DNA from: Lingula anatina
Lineage: Eukaryota > Animalia > Brachiopoda
Reading direction: 5' to 3'
DNA: 64,000 nucleotides
Assembly: GCA_051362555.1 (NCBI GenBank)
Contig: CM120645.1
Location: forward strand, 5,828,001-5,892,000
Positions 26,328 to 38,300 of the stretch are shown piece after piece; position 1 is the first letter of the stretch; each line of letters opens with the position of its first letter. The notes under the pieces were generated by a model. That model did no database searches, was not told the origin of the DNA, and worked only from the letters and a program-made list of their open reading frames with translations. The translations under genes and the position numbers were made by a program.

Positions 26328-29300
26328 CTGAAATAATTTTTGAGCTTGTAATTTAGGAATAAAAGCAAACTGAACAGAGCCAGTAAGGATCTTCCACATT
26401 CAGGGTAACCTTAAAGCTATAATTCAGATAACACAAATCTATAAAGACATGAAGACACTTATCCCATTCGGATGATCTTTGCATTTGATGTTAGCAGACA
26501 TGCCAAATCAATGTGCAAATACAGCATAAGAGCAGATTTGATGGGTCTGCAGTATATACGACACTTTCTCACAAAATGTAAATATAATTGTAACAGTATG
26601 TAGTTAAATGGAACTATGTTTACTATACTGTGTGAGCTATACCATGTACATGTAATTGTGTACTATATGTCAAGTGGCTTCGCTATGACCCTTCATCATG
26701 GCTCCTCGTTTTTATTTATTCAGTCATAGTTTGTTTGTTTTTTTTTTCATATAAAACTCATAGTATTTGGGGTTAAATATTATGATGGTGATTTTGGTTG
26801 AAGTCAGAAGTTTTTATGTATATATGACTGATATTACATCATGAAATGACAGAATATTAAACAATGGAATAAACAGTGTTTCAAATTTCTTGGATATTTT
26901 TGTACCACCAGCGTTAGCGCTGGCGGTACACATGGTTTCGGTCTCGTCCGGATCGTTCCGCCGGCTCCGCCGGACGGCTACCGTTACCGCTTCTCCTCCT
27001 AGACGGTAAGGCCCCCCATACCCATCTCATGGATTTAGGTCACCTATAATCTCAACTCGTTCCACGTAAAATTTGGGCTTTGTCGGTATTGGGGTCTGGG
27101 TGTGGCACTCATTGCAATGCACCCTTGTCCAAAAATGGCAAAATTAAATGCTAATTATCTACCCTACGGAAGGAGTTACGGGAAAAATTTCTACAGACGG
27201 CTTTCCAAAAGTCATATGTGTAGATTTCAAATATACCCTCGGATTTGACCTTTGACCTTTACTTCAAGGTCAAATGGGCCAAAATTTTCAAAAAAATGAA
27301 ATTTTTTACGAAAAAAAAATTTTTTGCCCTGTTATTCAGACACCACACAGACTTAACCAATAATATTATTGGAAAGTGTTACCCTTCAGGTCATCTTTCA
27401 TCTCCGTGAATTTGGGGTCAATCGGTGCATTTTCACAGGAGTAGCGGCCATAAGATACCGAAACTGAAAACTGTCTCTAATTCGGGAACCGTTAATGCTA
27501 GAGACCCATTCTTTTTTGCATTTTGTAGAGCATGTAAAGCCCAACACTGGAGGTGGTCTCGGTTTTTTTGTATTCCATACGGTTTTCGAGTTACGCTGTA
27601 TCAAAAAGTACATATTGGTGGTGAAAGGAAAATGTACGGAAGCCCACTGGTGCCATATGTAGAAAAAAAAATTATCTCGAAATTTCGAGATACTATTTTG
27701 AAATTTGAACAAAAAAATTTACCACCAGCGTTAGCGCTGGCGGTACACATGGTTTCGGTCCCGTCCGGTCCGTTCGCCGGCTCCGCCGCCATGTTACCGT
27801 TACCGCTTCTCCTCCTAGACGGTAAGGGCCCCCGTACCCATCTCATGGATTTAGGTCACCTATAATCTCAACTCGTTCCACGTAAAATTTGGGCTTTGTC
27901 GGTATTGGGGTCTGGGTGTGGCACTCATTGCAATGCACCCTTGTCTAAAAATGGCAAAATTAAATGCTAATTATCTACCCTACGGAAGGAGTTACGGGAA
28001 AAATTTCTATAGACGGCTTTCCAAAAGTCATATGTGTAGATTTCAAATATATTTGAGCAAAAAAATTTATCTCGAAATTTCGAGATAGTATTTTGAAATT
28101 TGAACAAAAAAAATGCTATCTCGAAATTTCGAGATAATTTTTTTTTTCAACATATGGCACCAGTCGGCTTCCGTAAAAATGTGCAGTACGGTAATGGATA
28201 ATAAATTTTGAACTCCGGAAAAATAAAACATAATGCTTGGCAAAGCAGACAACTTGTGGTCAAAAATGACATTATTTTATCAAATTTAAACTTCTGCAAC
28301 TTCAGAGAACCTCCCATTTCAAGAACTTTGACCAAAATGACCTTTTCTTTATTTTAATTAATTTTTTCTGTAGGAAATTTATGGCACATTATGGTAACTC
28401 CAAAATTATAACATTTAGTCACTTATATCTCCAAAACTGGCAGAGATAGGTCCATAGTTACTATTGAAGTTGAATAGGAAGTCATATACTGGCAATCTTA
28501 CTGTGACCTTGACATTGACCTTTGACCTACTTTTCACCTTGAACTGAACTTTGCAAAATTTGCTTCCCTTTTATCTCCAAAACTGGCAGAAATAGGTCCA
28601 TAGTTACTATTGAACTTGCATAGGAAGTCATATACTGGCAATTTTACTGTGACCTTGAAATTGACCTTTGACCTTCTTTTCACCATGAACTGAACTTTGC
28701 AAATTTTGCTTCCCTTTTATCTCCAAAACTGGCAGAGATAGGTCCATAGTTACTATTGAAGTTGAATAGGAAGTCATATACTGGCAATCTAAATGTGACC
28801 TTGAAATTGACCTTTGACCTACTTTTCACCATGAACTGAACTTTGCAAATTTTGCTTCCCTTTTATCTCCAAAACTGGCAGAGATAGGTCCATAGTTACT
28901 ATTGAAGTTGAATAGGAAGTCATATACTGGCAATCTTACTGTGACCTTGAAATTGACCTTTGACCTACTTTTCACCATGAACTGAACTTTGCAAATTTTG
29001 CTTCCCTTTTATCTCCAAAACTGGCAGAGATAGGTCCATAGTTACTATTGAAGTTGGATAGGAAGTCATATACTGGCAATTTACTGTGACCTTGAAATTG
29101 ACCTTTGACCTACCTTACAATGAACTTAACTTTGATTGCACCATTTTTAGTTATATATATTTTTTGCATATTTTGAAAATTCTTGTTGATTGCATTTTTA
29201 CAGCTTGTCAAGCACAAGACTGGTGGCTGCACCCCTTATTTTGTGTATGTGGGGGTCTATACGAATGCGCTTGCTCCAGCTGGTGGTACAATATTCGGAG

Positions 29301-32300
29301 GCGGTATCGCCTCTCTGATCCTCTAGTTTATCCCTACATTTACTAGTATTTGGTTCATTGAGGACTAGTGTCCTTTATTCATTGTCAATGTTTTAAAGCT
29401 TCTAAACTCTGATTACTAGTTATTTTCTTACTCTTATGTTTTTATTTATGTATTTATTAAATGAATATGTCAGAAAAGAATTTGGTAGAATTTGAGGCAT
29501 TTAACTATTCACTCATTAATCCTTTATTTGAATTGAGCTTAAATTTAACTTTGAAAAGAAAATAGAGACAAACAGTTTATTTCATAAAATTGAAATATGC
29601 AATATATTATATTCTTTTGTTCCTTTCTCAATTTTCAATTTTGACATAATTCCCCATTAACTTAAGACACAAAATAAATCTGACACAATTTTATAGGCGA
29701 TAAAGACACGAATAAATGAAGATTGATCACCAGTTCTCATTTATTTTACAATTTCACAATGAAAAGTTGTTAATATTCACTATCTGTATGAGGGAGCCAG
29801 GCTATTGCGTCCTGGTTGCACAGGCTTACTGAAGAGTTCATATTATGTTACCAAATAGACACAGCAGTGTAATCAGATAAAATTCTGATATTAATACAGG
29901 AATTGCTGCAGACTAGGTTATCATGCGCTATACAACATGTAAAGACCCGACCAGTCCAGTTGAGTCTAGAAATAGACCAGAGGCATGTTTACATTTTCTT
30001 GGCACAACACTTCAAACCCTTTTTATAAATTGTAAATTTGACTGTAGTCTGACTGATGTTACAAATATCCAGATTAAATAGGGATCCTCACTGCACCTAA
30101 AAATTTGAAAAGTTGTGTTTTACAATCCTGTCACTTGGGATACGTGTATATAGTATTCCTCACCTAAGTTAGTTCTTGTGTGAACATGCCTGATTTAGTC
30201 ACCCTGGGTCACATGATGTGGTTTAGCTATTATAATATTTACGTTGAAGATTTAGGTGTATTCAGTTAATGTTGAAACCAACATTGGGGTATTTTTGCCA
30301 AAAAACTTAATTTTGGCCGAAAACCAAATGCCCGATTTTATGGTTTTACTACTTATAATTTGTAGATTTAACATCATGTTTTGTGTCGTTACATATAGAG
30401 AGAAGACTCGGTTTAAAATGTTTCATGCAGTTTGAGTTAATACAACTTTTATATTCAATTTGTTAGCAAATGTGAAGCTTTGTTATAATTATGATCATTT
30501 TATAAACCAAGTTATAAAAAATTATCATAATACATGTATTATTTATAGTAACTACTGTTCCATATACATGTAGCTCCACAACAGCAATTTGAAACCAAAT
30601 AATTACGTCTCTGGTTCTTAAACTACCTGAGATAAAGAGTAATACCATTCTGTCTGCTTCTACTCTCTAATCACATCCGCGTAGTTGTTTGCTGCACATA
30701 ATCCATTTGTTTTTCTATCTTACATCAGATGCCCATTACATGGCCATTTTAAGAGGCTCTACTCCTTCCTGCCCCATCCCCTTCCAAAAAAAAAAAAAAA
30801 AAATGAAAGATTTAAAAAATAAACAAATAAATAAATGAATAAACATTAATTTTTTTTATGTTGTGACCTTTGAATAACTTGTGTAAGAGTTTAAATAAAG
30901 TTTACACAAAATGTTTGCCAGAGGTTATAATATTAAGAGTAATAAATCAATGTGTAGGAGGAGTTTTTTTTTTTGTTACTTTTTATTTTTTTAAAATGCC
31001 CACTACCCTCCCCTCCCCCCTAAAAAAAACCAAGGCATGTTTGATCAAAATATTGTATTAGTCTGGAGTGGAAACCCATTAAAGAATAGTCATGTTTGGA
31101 ACTCCACGACTTTGAACTAAAAGAAACTCATTCAATAATACTAGCAAGGACAGACTAACATTATTGGATTGCAAAGAGTTGTGATAATGTTGTGCCGAGT
31201 GGCTGCATTAGTTTCGTTATCTGCACTGGGAAATACAGTTACTGTAAAGAAAGTTACCTCCTATTGAATTAAACTTCCACTTTCAGCACTTCAATCACTC
31301 ATCAAGATACATTATGTATGTCTTTTCACTACACAATTGATATAGGATGGACTTGCCTTAAGATGTCAACTCGGTTCAGTGGGAAGGGTATTAAGGTCCC
31401 TTGTCGTTAAGGTAATGGATCAATAACAATCACTGGGTATGCAGTGGTTATAATTACTGGGAGAATGATTGTATTTTCACATGCAATGATAGACAGAGAA
31501 CTTAAGATTATACTGAGATTCATACCCAGGCCTCCCAAACAGTTACAAAGCATAATAACAATGCCTTGACAACAACTCCAAAACCATGCCACACAAACCA
31601 ATGTTAAGATTTTGGGTTTTTATCTAGACTCTGTAGGTGCATGTTCACATAGTAACTATTTGGGATGCTTGATTTAGGATTTTACATTGGTAAGAAGGAA
31701 GGCAAGGATGGGGGGGGGGGGGGGGGGGGGGGGGGGGAAGGAGCACAGGGCTAAAATGATGTTTGTCTTTTTTTTTCTTGAATTGGTAAAAGTTTTTATT
31801 CAGGATTAATGTCAGAGTGACAGGTTAATAGCTGTGACAGACTTTGCATGAAAGGCACACTCAGAATTGATCTGGTTTAAAACGGAAATGTCTATTGAAT
31901 CAAAGCACATTGCAAATTGAGACAATTGAGGAGATTGCATATATATGGACCCCCTAGCCCCTTAAAATTTTCAATTTAATAGGTTTTGGAGATTTCTTTA
32001 TCAAAACAAATAAGCTGTTGTGATTGAATTTAGTATAATATGACTTAAATAAACCGACATACAACTTTTACTCAAAATTTTCCAATTGCCTGTCACCTAC
32101 TTTAAATTGCATACAGTTCTCAGGATTTTCTTATTACATGTAGTCTCACCCTCAGTTATGGTAGTTGCATGCAGTCAGTTGAAGTAGATTGCTTAACCAC
32201 ATACTATGGCTTCTGTGAAATTCTGCAATTAGAGAGAAGGTTTTGATTTCATGACATTGAAGGAAAGAAATTTAGAAGCAGTAGAGGGTATTTGCAGGTG

Positions 32301-35300
32301 ATTAGATATTACAAAAGGAATGAAAAAAAAAGTGCATGTAGCTCCATTCTGTTTTGTTCTGCACCATTTAGTTCATTGGTACAAGTTTTTAAAAATTATT
32401 TCATTGAATTATGTCATGCTCTCAAAGAATCAGTACAAGTTATTTTTTCTGACAGACTTTTTTTGTGTATGTGATTAATTGTTTGTGAAATAAAATTTTC
32501 CTAAATGATTACTTTCGACTTTGACATTGTTTTTCCCAGAAAAAAAGGGTAGTCTAAATAAGTATGTACAAATAGAAATAAGAAATAAGCTTTGAAGTCC
32601 AATATGCTATATGCTAGAATAGCTATCAGCTTTGAGGTTGTATAGTGCAGTTATTTAGAAATAAAAATCTTTTTTATAAGTTGGAGTTCAGCTCAGTACA
32701 CTGCGCCCTGTATTGATCCCAAGTTTGCTGTGAACTGATGCATATACAGGCTGTCTGTCAGGGAAAGTCAATAAGATTTCTACTGCATTGCTGCCTCCTC
32801 ATACTACACCCCGTTGGAACCCTTTGGTACATCTCTGTGTAGAAAACCTAGTGTGTTCAACTGAGGTCTTGAATATGTGAGTGTGTGGCAGTTGCAATGA
32901 ATGGGTGTGCAGGCCCATATAGCCAACAATTTTAAAGGGGGAGAGGCTCTTTTTCTAAAAAAAAAAAATTGGACCTTTAACCAAGACACCTTTGTGTACC
33001 CGGATCAATTTTTATTCAGAGCGGGCCTTTTTCTGGCAAAAAGGGCAGCTTATTCTAATCCCACAAACCCCCCCCCCCCAAACTGGTACACAGGTCTGGT
33101 GTGCATGCATGTGTGTGTGTGTGTGTGTGTGTGTGTGAGTGCATGGAGAAGAGGGCATGTGTGTGTATGTGGTAGTATATGTGCATTTGTGCATGCATGG
33201 TGATGGAGACCTAGAAGTTTTCAACTGTGTGCAGGCAAAGCTTTACTACTTTTCTCCCTGGAATTCTAGAGATGCTTATCACTGTGGAAAATGTATGATA
33301 TGATTAAGTCAATATAAGTTATAAATATTGATTTTGCAAGTGTAAATTGAATTAACTATGTTACGATAAGTGAAAATACAGTTAGAAAAATTACTTTTAT
33401 TAATTTGTAAAACAAATTTTTTATTTTGTTAATATTCTATTCCATTAAAAAAAGAAAAAATAGAGAAGATAGGTGCCAAATTATTTTTACACCAAATTAA
33501 ATGCAAAATAAGAATATTTTGAAATGGTCAATATTTTTGTCCTCATTCAAATTGTACTCTTCTCAGGGGCAGATTTAGCACGTCTTCTGGGTCTTCTAGA
33601 AGACGGTCAAATTTTCAAGTTTACATTGACGGGTATCCAATTTTTTCTGTCGGAAGACGGTCAACAATGGAGGATGGACCAACAAAGATAATTTGGAAGA
33701 CTGTCAGAAAATATTTCTGGATCCCCCCCTGCTTCTAACCCCAAGTTTCAGGATATTTTGGGAACTCATTTCAGTAATTGAAAACAACATAAGGGTGGTG
33801 GTCATAAAGGTGAACTTAGAAAGATTGGGTGAAGTCTTTCAGCAACTGACAAATGTGTGTACAGTTGGTTGATCCTTGGGTTTAATAATTCAGCCAATCA
33901 TTCAACAAATGAATGATTTAAGCTGTTCCTGCTCAAAAAGAGTGCTGTAATCAGTTCTACAGATATTGATAAATTGAATTGTGTGGATGCTGGGGAATAA
34001 TCTACGTTCAGATATATGTAACGTATTCATCATTTAAAAGGTCAGGGATAGTTTAAAGTGATAATTCTGTAGATGATTTATTTGATCGGTGGTCAGCAGA
34101 TATTACTTTTTCAGTGCTTCAAACCATTCCCTGGATTTATTATGAGTTACAGTATCTATACTCACCCCTGAAGAAAAAAAGCGACATATGGCTTTGTGTT
34201 TTTGCCCCATATTGTTTATCCCTTGACCCAAAATAAGCACTTTTTATATTACATGACATGTGCCAAAAATGGAGGAACAAGTTAATTCTACCCCTTGTGG
34301 AAGCTTCCTCCTCACACTTGGCGTTGAGTAGAATAAAGAATACCTGGTGTTTATATATGAGTATGTTGGAAATGAGGAGGCATGTTAACCTGATTGTATT
34401 CAGCAAGAGTCCCCTCAGAGTTGGAATGATCTATATAGAAAGATAGTTTTATTGGGAATGAGCCCTAAGCTTAGACTTGTGCTGACTTAATTACCAGTCT
34501 AAAGGGCCAGTTAAATCCTACTTGTAAAGTAGCTAGTTAATAATTTAGATATAATGTCTAGTTCATTAAGTTAATTTAGTAAATCACAGCCAAGCTAGGA
34601 AAGTAAGAACAGCTCCTACCAGATGCACGAAGACTTTTAAATCGCTTCTGTTTAATCACTTTGCATCTGGTGATGGCATTTGGACTTAAACTGATATAAA
34701 TCTGTCTGAACACTCTTTTTGTCCACAATACAGTTGCTTTAGATTAGTTTGAAAAGTAATAAATATCAGCATTATGTGGTCCTAAAGAGAAGTTTAGAAA
34801 TGATTTTTTCTTCTGACAAGATATATGGAGCAATATAATTCTCTGTACGAAGGATCTCCTATTGATTGACCTCTGTTTTAAAAGAACTGCTCATGCTGAG
34901 AGATATGTATTTATAAATTTGGCATTGTTCACACAGAGCCATGATGGACCACATCTAATAAGGACTGAGGTCCCCTATTAAAAAATGCTGTATTATAACA
35001 TTATTCCTCCTACATTCAGTTTCTTTGCTCACCAAAATGTAAATATGTCCATGGTGATGCCCATGCAGGCACTGGTGTGTCTGGTATAATTACAGTTAAT
35101 TAATGGTCTTAATTATAATTGAATTAGTTATATTCTTTGATTTAATTACACTGACATATAAATTATACAGGGTGTCTCAATATAGATGGAACCCACAAAT
35201 ATAATGATTTGGCAAGTAACTGAGACAAGATTACATGTCCTGGAAGCTGATATAATAATTAGATAAAAAAAAAAACAAACATTGATTCAATGTTTGTTGT

Positions 35301-38300
35301 CTCTATCACAAATGTTCGAAATGACTGGAGAAATGATCAAAGAGGATCCTGACTTTCTTGTTGATGTGTGGTAGTGTCAAAGCAAACTTCTGGCTCTGTG
35401 GACTTGTCAGTAGCAAATCATTGTTTTGTTTTTTTAATTGTTATTATATCAACTTCCAGAACAATTAATCTTGTTTCAGTTATTTTTCTCAGATATAAAT
35501 CATTATCATATTTGTGGGTTCCATCTATATTGAGACCCCCTGTAATTCAACTCAAGGTAAATTCAGGTACATGTATGTATGCATGTATTTATTGTACAAA
35601 CTATGTTTTGTTTTTGCTGTTATAAACCCAGCAAAATAATTCACTGATTTGACGACTACAGATTTGTCTTGGTTCAAAGTAGTCTAAATTTTTGGTCTCA
35701 AAGTTTAGTCTGAAGATCATTTTCTAGGCTTAAGCTCAAAAAGATGAAACAAAAATCTTTATATAATCTTTCAAATATACAGTAGCCTGGTGTTCATTTT
35801 GAGCTTTAGTTTACTGTAACCAGGGCCCTTTTGTAATGATTTCAATTTAGTATTTTCATTCTTTTTTTTTTTCCTTTGCAGAGTGATCAATGGAGGAAAG
35901 AGTAAATACAATGAAGACCAAGCCAAAGCTGTACAATTCATGTTGAAGCCACCCTGTGTACAACCAAATTCTGAAGACAACCGTGTACTTAGCAAGAAGA
36001 AGACAGAGCCAGTGGAACTGAAGCACATTACAACAACTGTAAGGTGGAAAAGATAAAAAGGAATCAGAAGTAGTCTTTAGTAAAATGAAAATAAAGGCCT
36101 GACAGATACATGTAGATGACAACCCTTTATTGCATGAAAAATAAATGTTAAAGTAAGGCAGAAAAGGCCTGTGAATGGACCTTTGAAAATTAGCACAAAA
36201 GTCAGTATTAAAAAAAAAATAATAATAATAATAATAAATAAATAAAAAAGAAAGAAAATTCTTTTTAAAAAAGATCCTATTAGTATCAATGTTAATAATT
36301 TTAAGTAAATGATAAAGGTAAAAATCATTTTTGACTCTTATTATCCTGATGCCAAACCCCAACAAAAGTGTCCATCCAGCATGTTTAGTTTTATCAAATA
36401 TTAATAGGAAAAATGAATCTAATACTGGACGTACAAAGTAACAATGCAGTAATCTGACATTGAGATCAGTATCCATGAGTTTCACTGCGAAAAGAGTGTC
36501 AGTGACCTGATGGGCTGGTCATGTGACAGGCAAGATGGCTATATAGGTATCTGCTGGAAGGCGCAATCCCAGATATGAGAAAGATTAAATCTCAAATTTG
36601 TCTTTGAGAAGAGATCTAATCTCCTGTATTTGAACCAGACAGTCTGTCAGCAGATTTTTAGTCATCTGTCCTGTCACATGACCAGCCAATTGTATACGTC
36701 TCTGACACTCATTCAGCTGACTCATTTACCTGTTGATGATTGTAGCTTACAACATCCCAGCCCTGAATTATTACTCATTTTAAGCGCAGTATTAGATAAT
36801 TATATCTTTAATTTCCTTAACATGATACCAGTCCACTGAATGTGTCAGGACATTCACTCTCTCATGACCACTGTCAATTTCAAGACATACATTGTACTTC
36901 ATTTGATGTTCTAAAATTTATTAAAATAAAATGTGGTAATTCAAATTTTTTTCTAACAGAATCTTTCCATCAAGAACATTCCATGTACATACTTTGCCAT
37001 ATTTGATGGCCATGCTGGAACTGGTGCTGCCCTTATGGCAATGAACTTACTGGATTATCATGTCAAGGTAAGGTGACAACCATGACCTTAATTAGTGGTA
37101 TATACAATGTATCACTTTATGGTAATAGCTTGATGACGTAGTAGTGTCATGAACTTATTTGATTATCATGCTTCCTAGGGTAACGTGAATGTCATGAACT
37201 TACTGGGTTATCAAGCTACCTAGGGCAATGTGAACATGTGACAATTTTGAACTTATATACTGGATAATTGTTTCTTGGTAATATCCAAATTATGACAAGG
37301 CAATGACATGAACTTACTAATACTGCAGTATTAATTCATGATAATGAAATAATATCAGAAAAATTTCATGAAATTTCTTAATGATTATGTCATGGTAATG
37401 TCATGAACCAAAAACAATATCAAGTGAAGGTAATCTTTCCAAATTTTTTAAAAACTTTACGATTCTGATATGTAGATATATGATGTAAAGTTTTTTTTTT
37501 TTTTTTGGAATAATCTCTAAAGAGACTTTTATGAAGGTAAAGCCATCTTTGAAAGTCCACATGGTCTGATTGCAAGCACAGATTCCAGAATTATTGTGAT
37601 AACTGCTGTTTTGGTGGTAAAATGGAATTTATTATATTTCCATGAGTTGTTTACAATATTTTTAACAGTTGTTATCACTTTAAGTTGTGATAGACTTTGT
37701 ATTTCAACAACAGGCCCTGTCTGGTATCTCAAAGAACATTAATCTGTGTCTTAAGATGAAAAAGACTATATAAAAGGGATAGGCTCAGATGCTGTGTTTT
37801 CCACAAACTCAAAAGATCAGAGCTTTGACATTTTAAAGGCACTTTTCTCTAATGTGATAATTGCAGGGGTAGGTGTCTTAATGTGTGACATGTTGGGAAT
37901 TCTTGTTTTCTTTCTTGGAAAATAGCTTTTATCATGGTTTTGTTTGATTCAATTATCAAATCCCTCACAGATGGAGCTTGATTAAACTATTTAAATGGTA
38001 TTATATACAGTACATGTGTATGAATGCCAGTATTGCTAACATTATGATAGTAATTCTCAAAAATGGGGAGATATATTTTGTATCATATATTTAATGGTTA
38101 AAGAGTAATTCATTCCTTAAGATACTAAATGTGACAGTTAGGCTGCATTCACATGAAAAATCTATTTTCGAAAAATCTAAAAATCTATTTGCGGTATCTT
38201 GTGATCACGGTCTGTGCACTGGATATCCCACGGCGTAATTACGGGCAGCGCGAGCCAGTTACTTCCAAAGCTGTAATTAATTCTTGGTGCTGCCAGTAAT

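Larger units (their letters stand above)
26900..29328 (+). mobile_element. Non-autonomous Helentron/HINE element, copy 2, interrupted by a nested insertion
   Basis: Same termini and near-identical body as 22912-25849, with a shorter microsatellite, ~5 satellite units and an insertion at 27635-28175. Confidence 0.8.

Noticed and set aside
35856-36485. 209-aa minus-strand ORF
   Set aside because: It is antisense to PPM1H exon 2 and AT-rich intron, is low-complexity F/Y/I, and has no recognisable domain.
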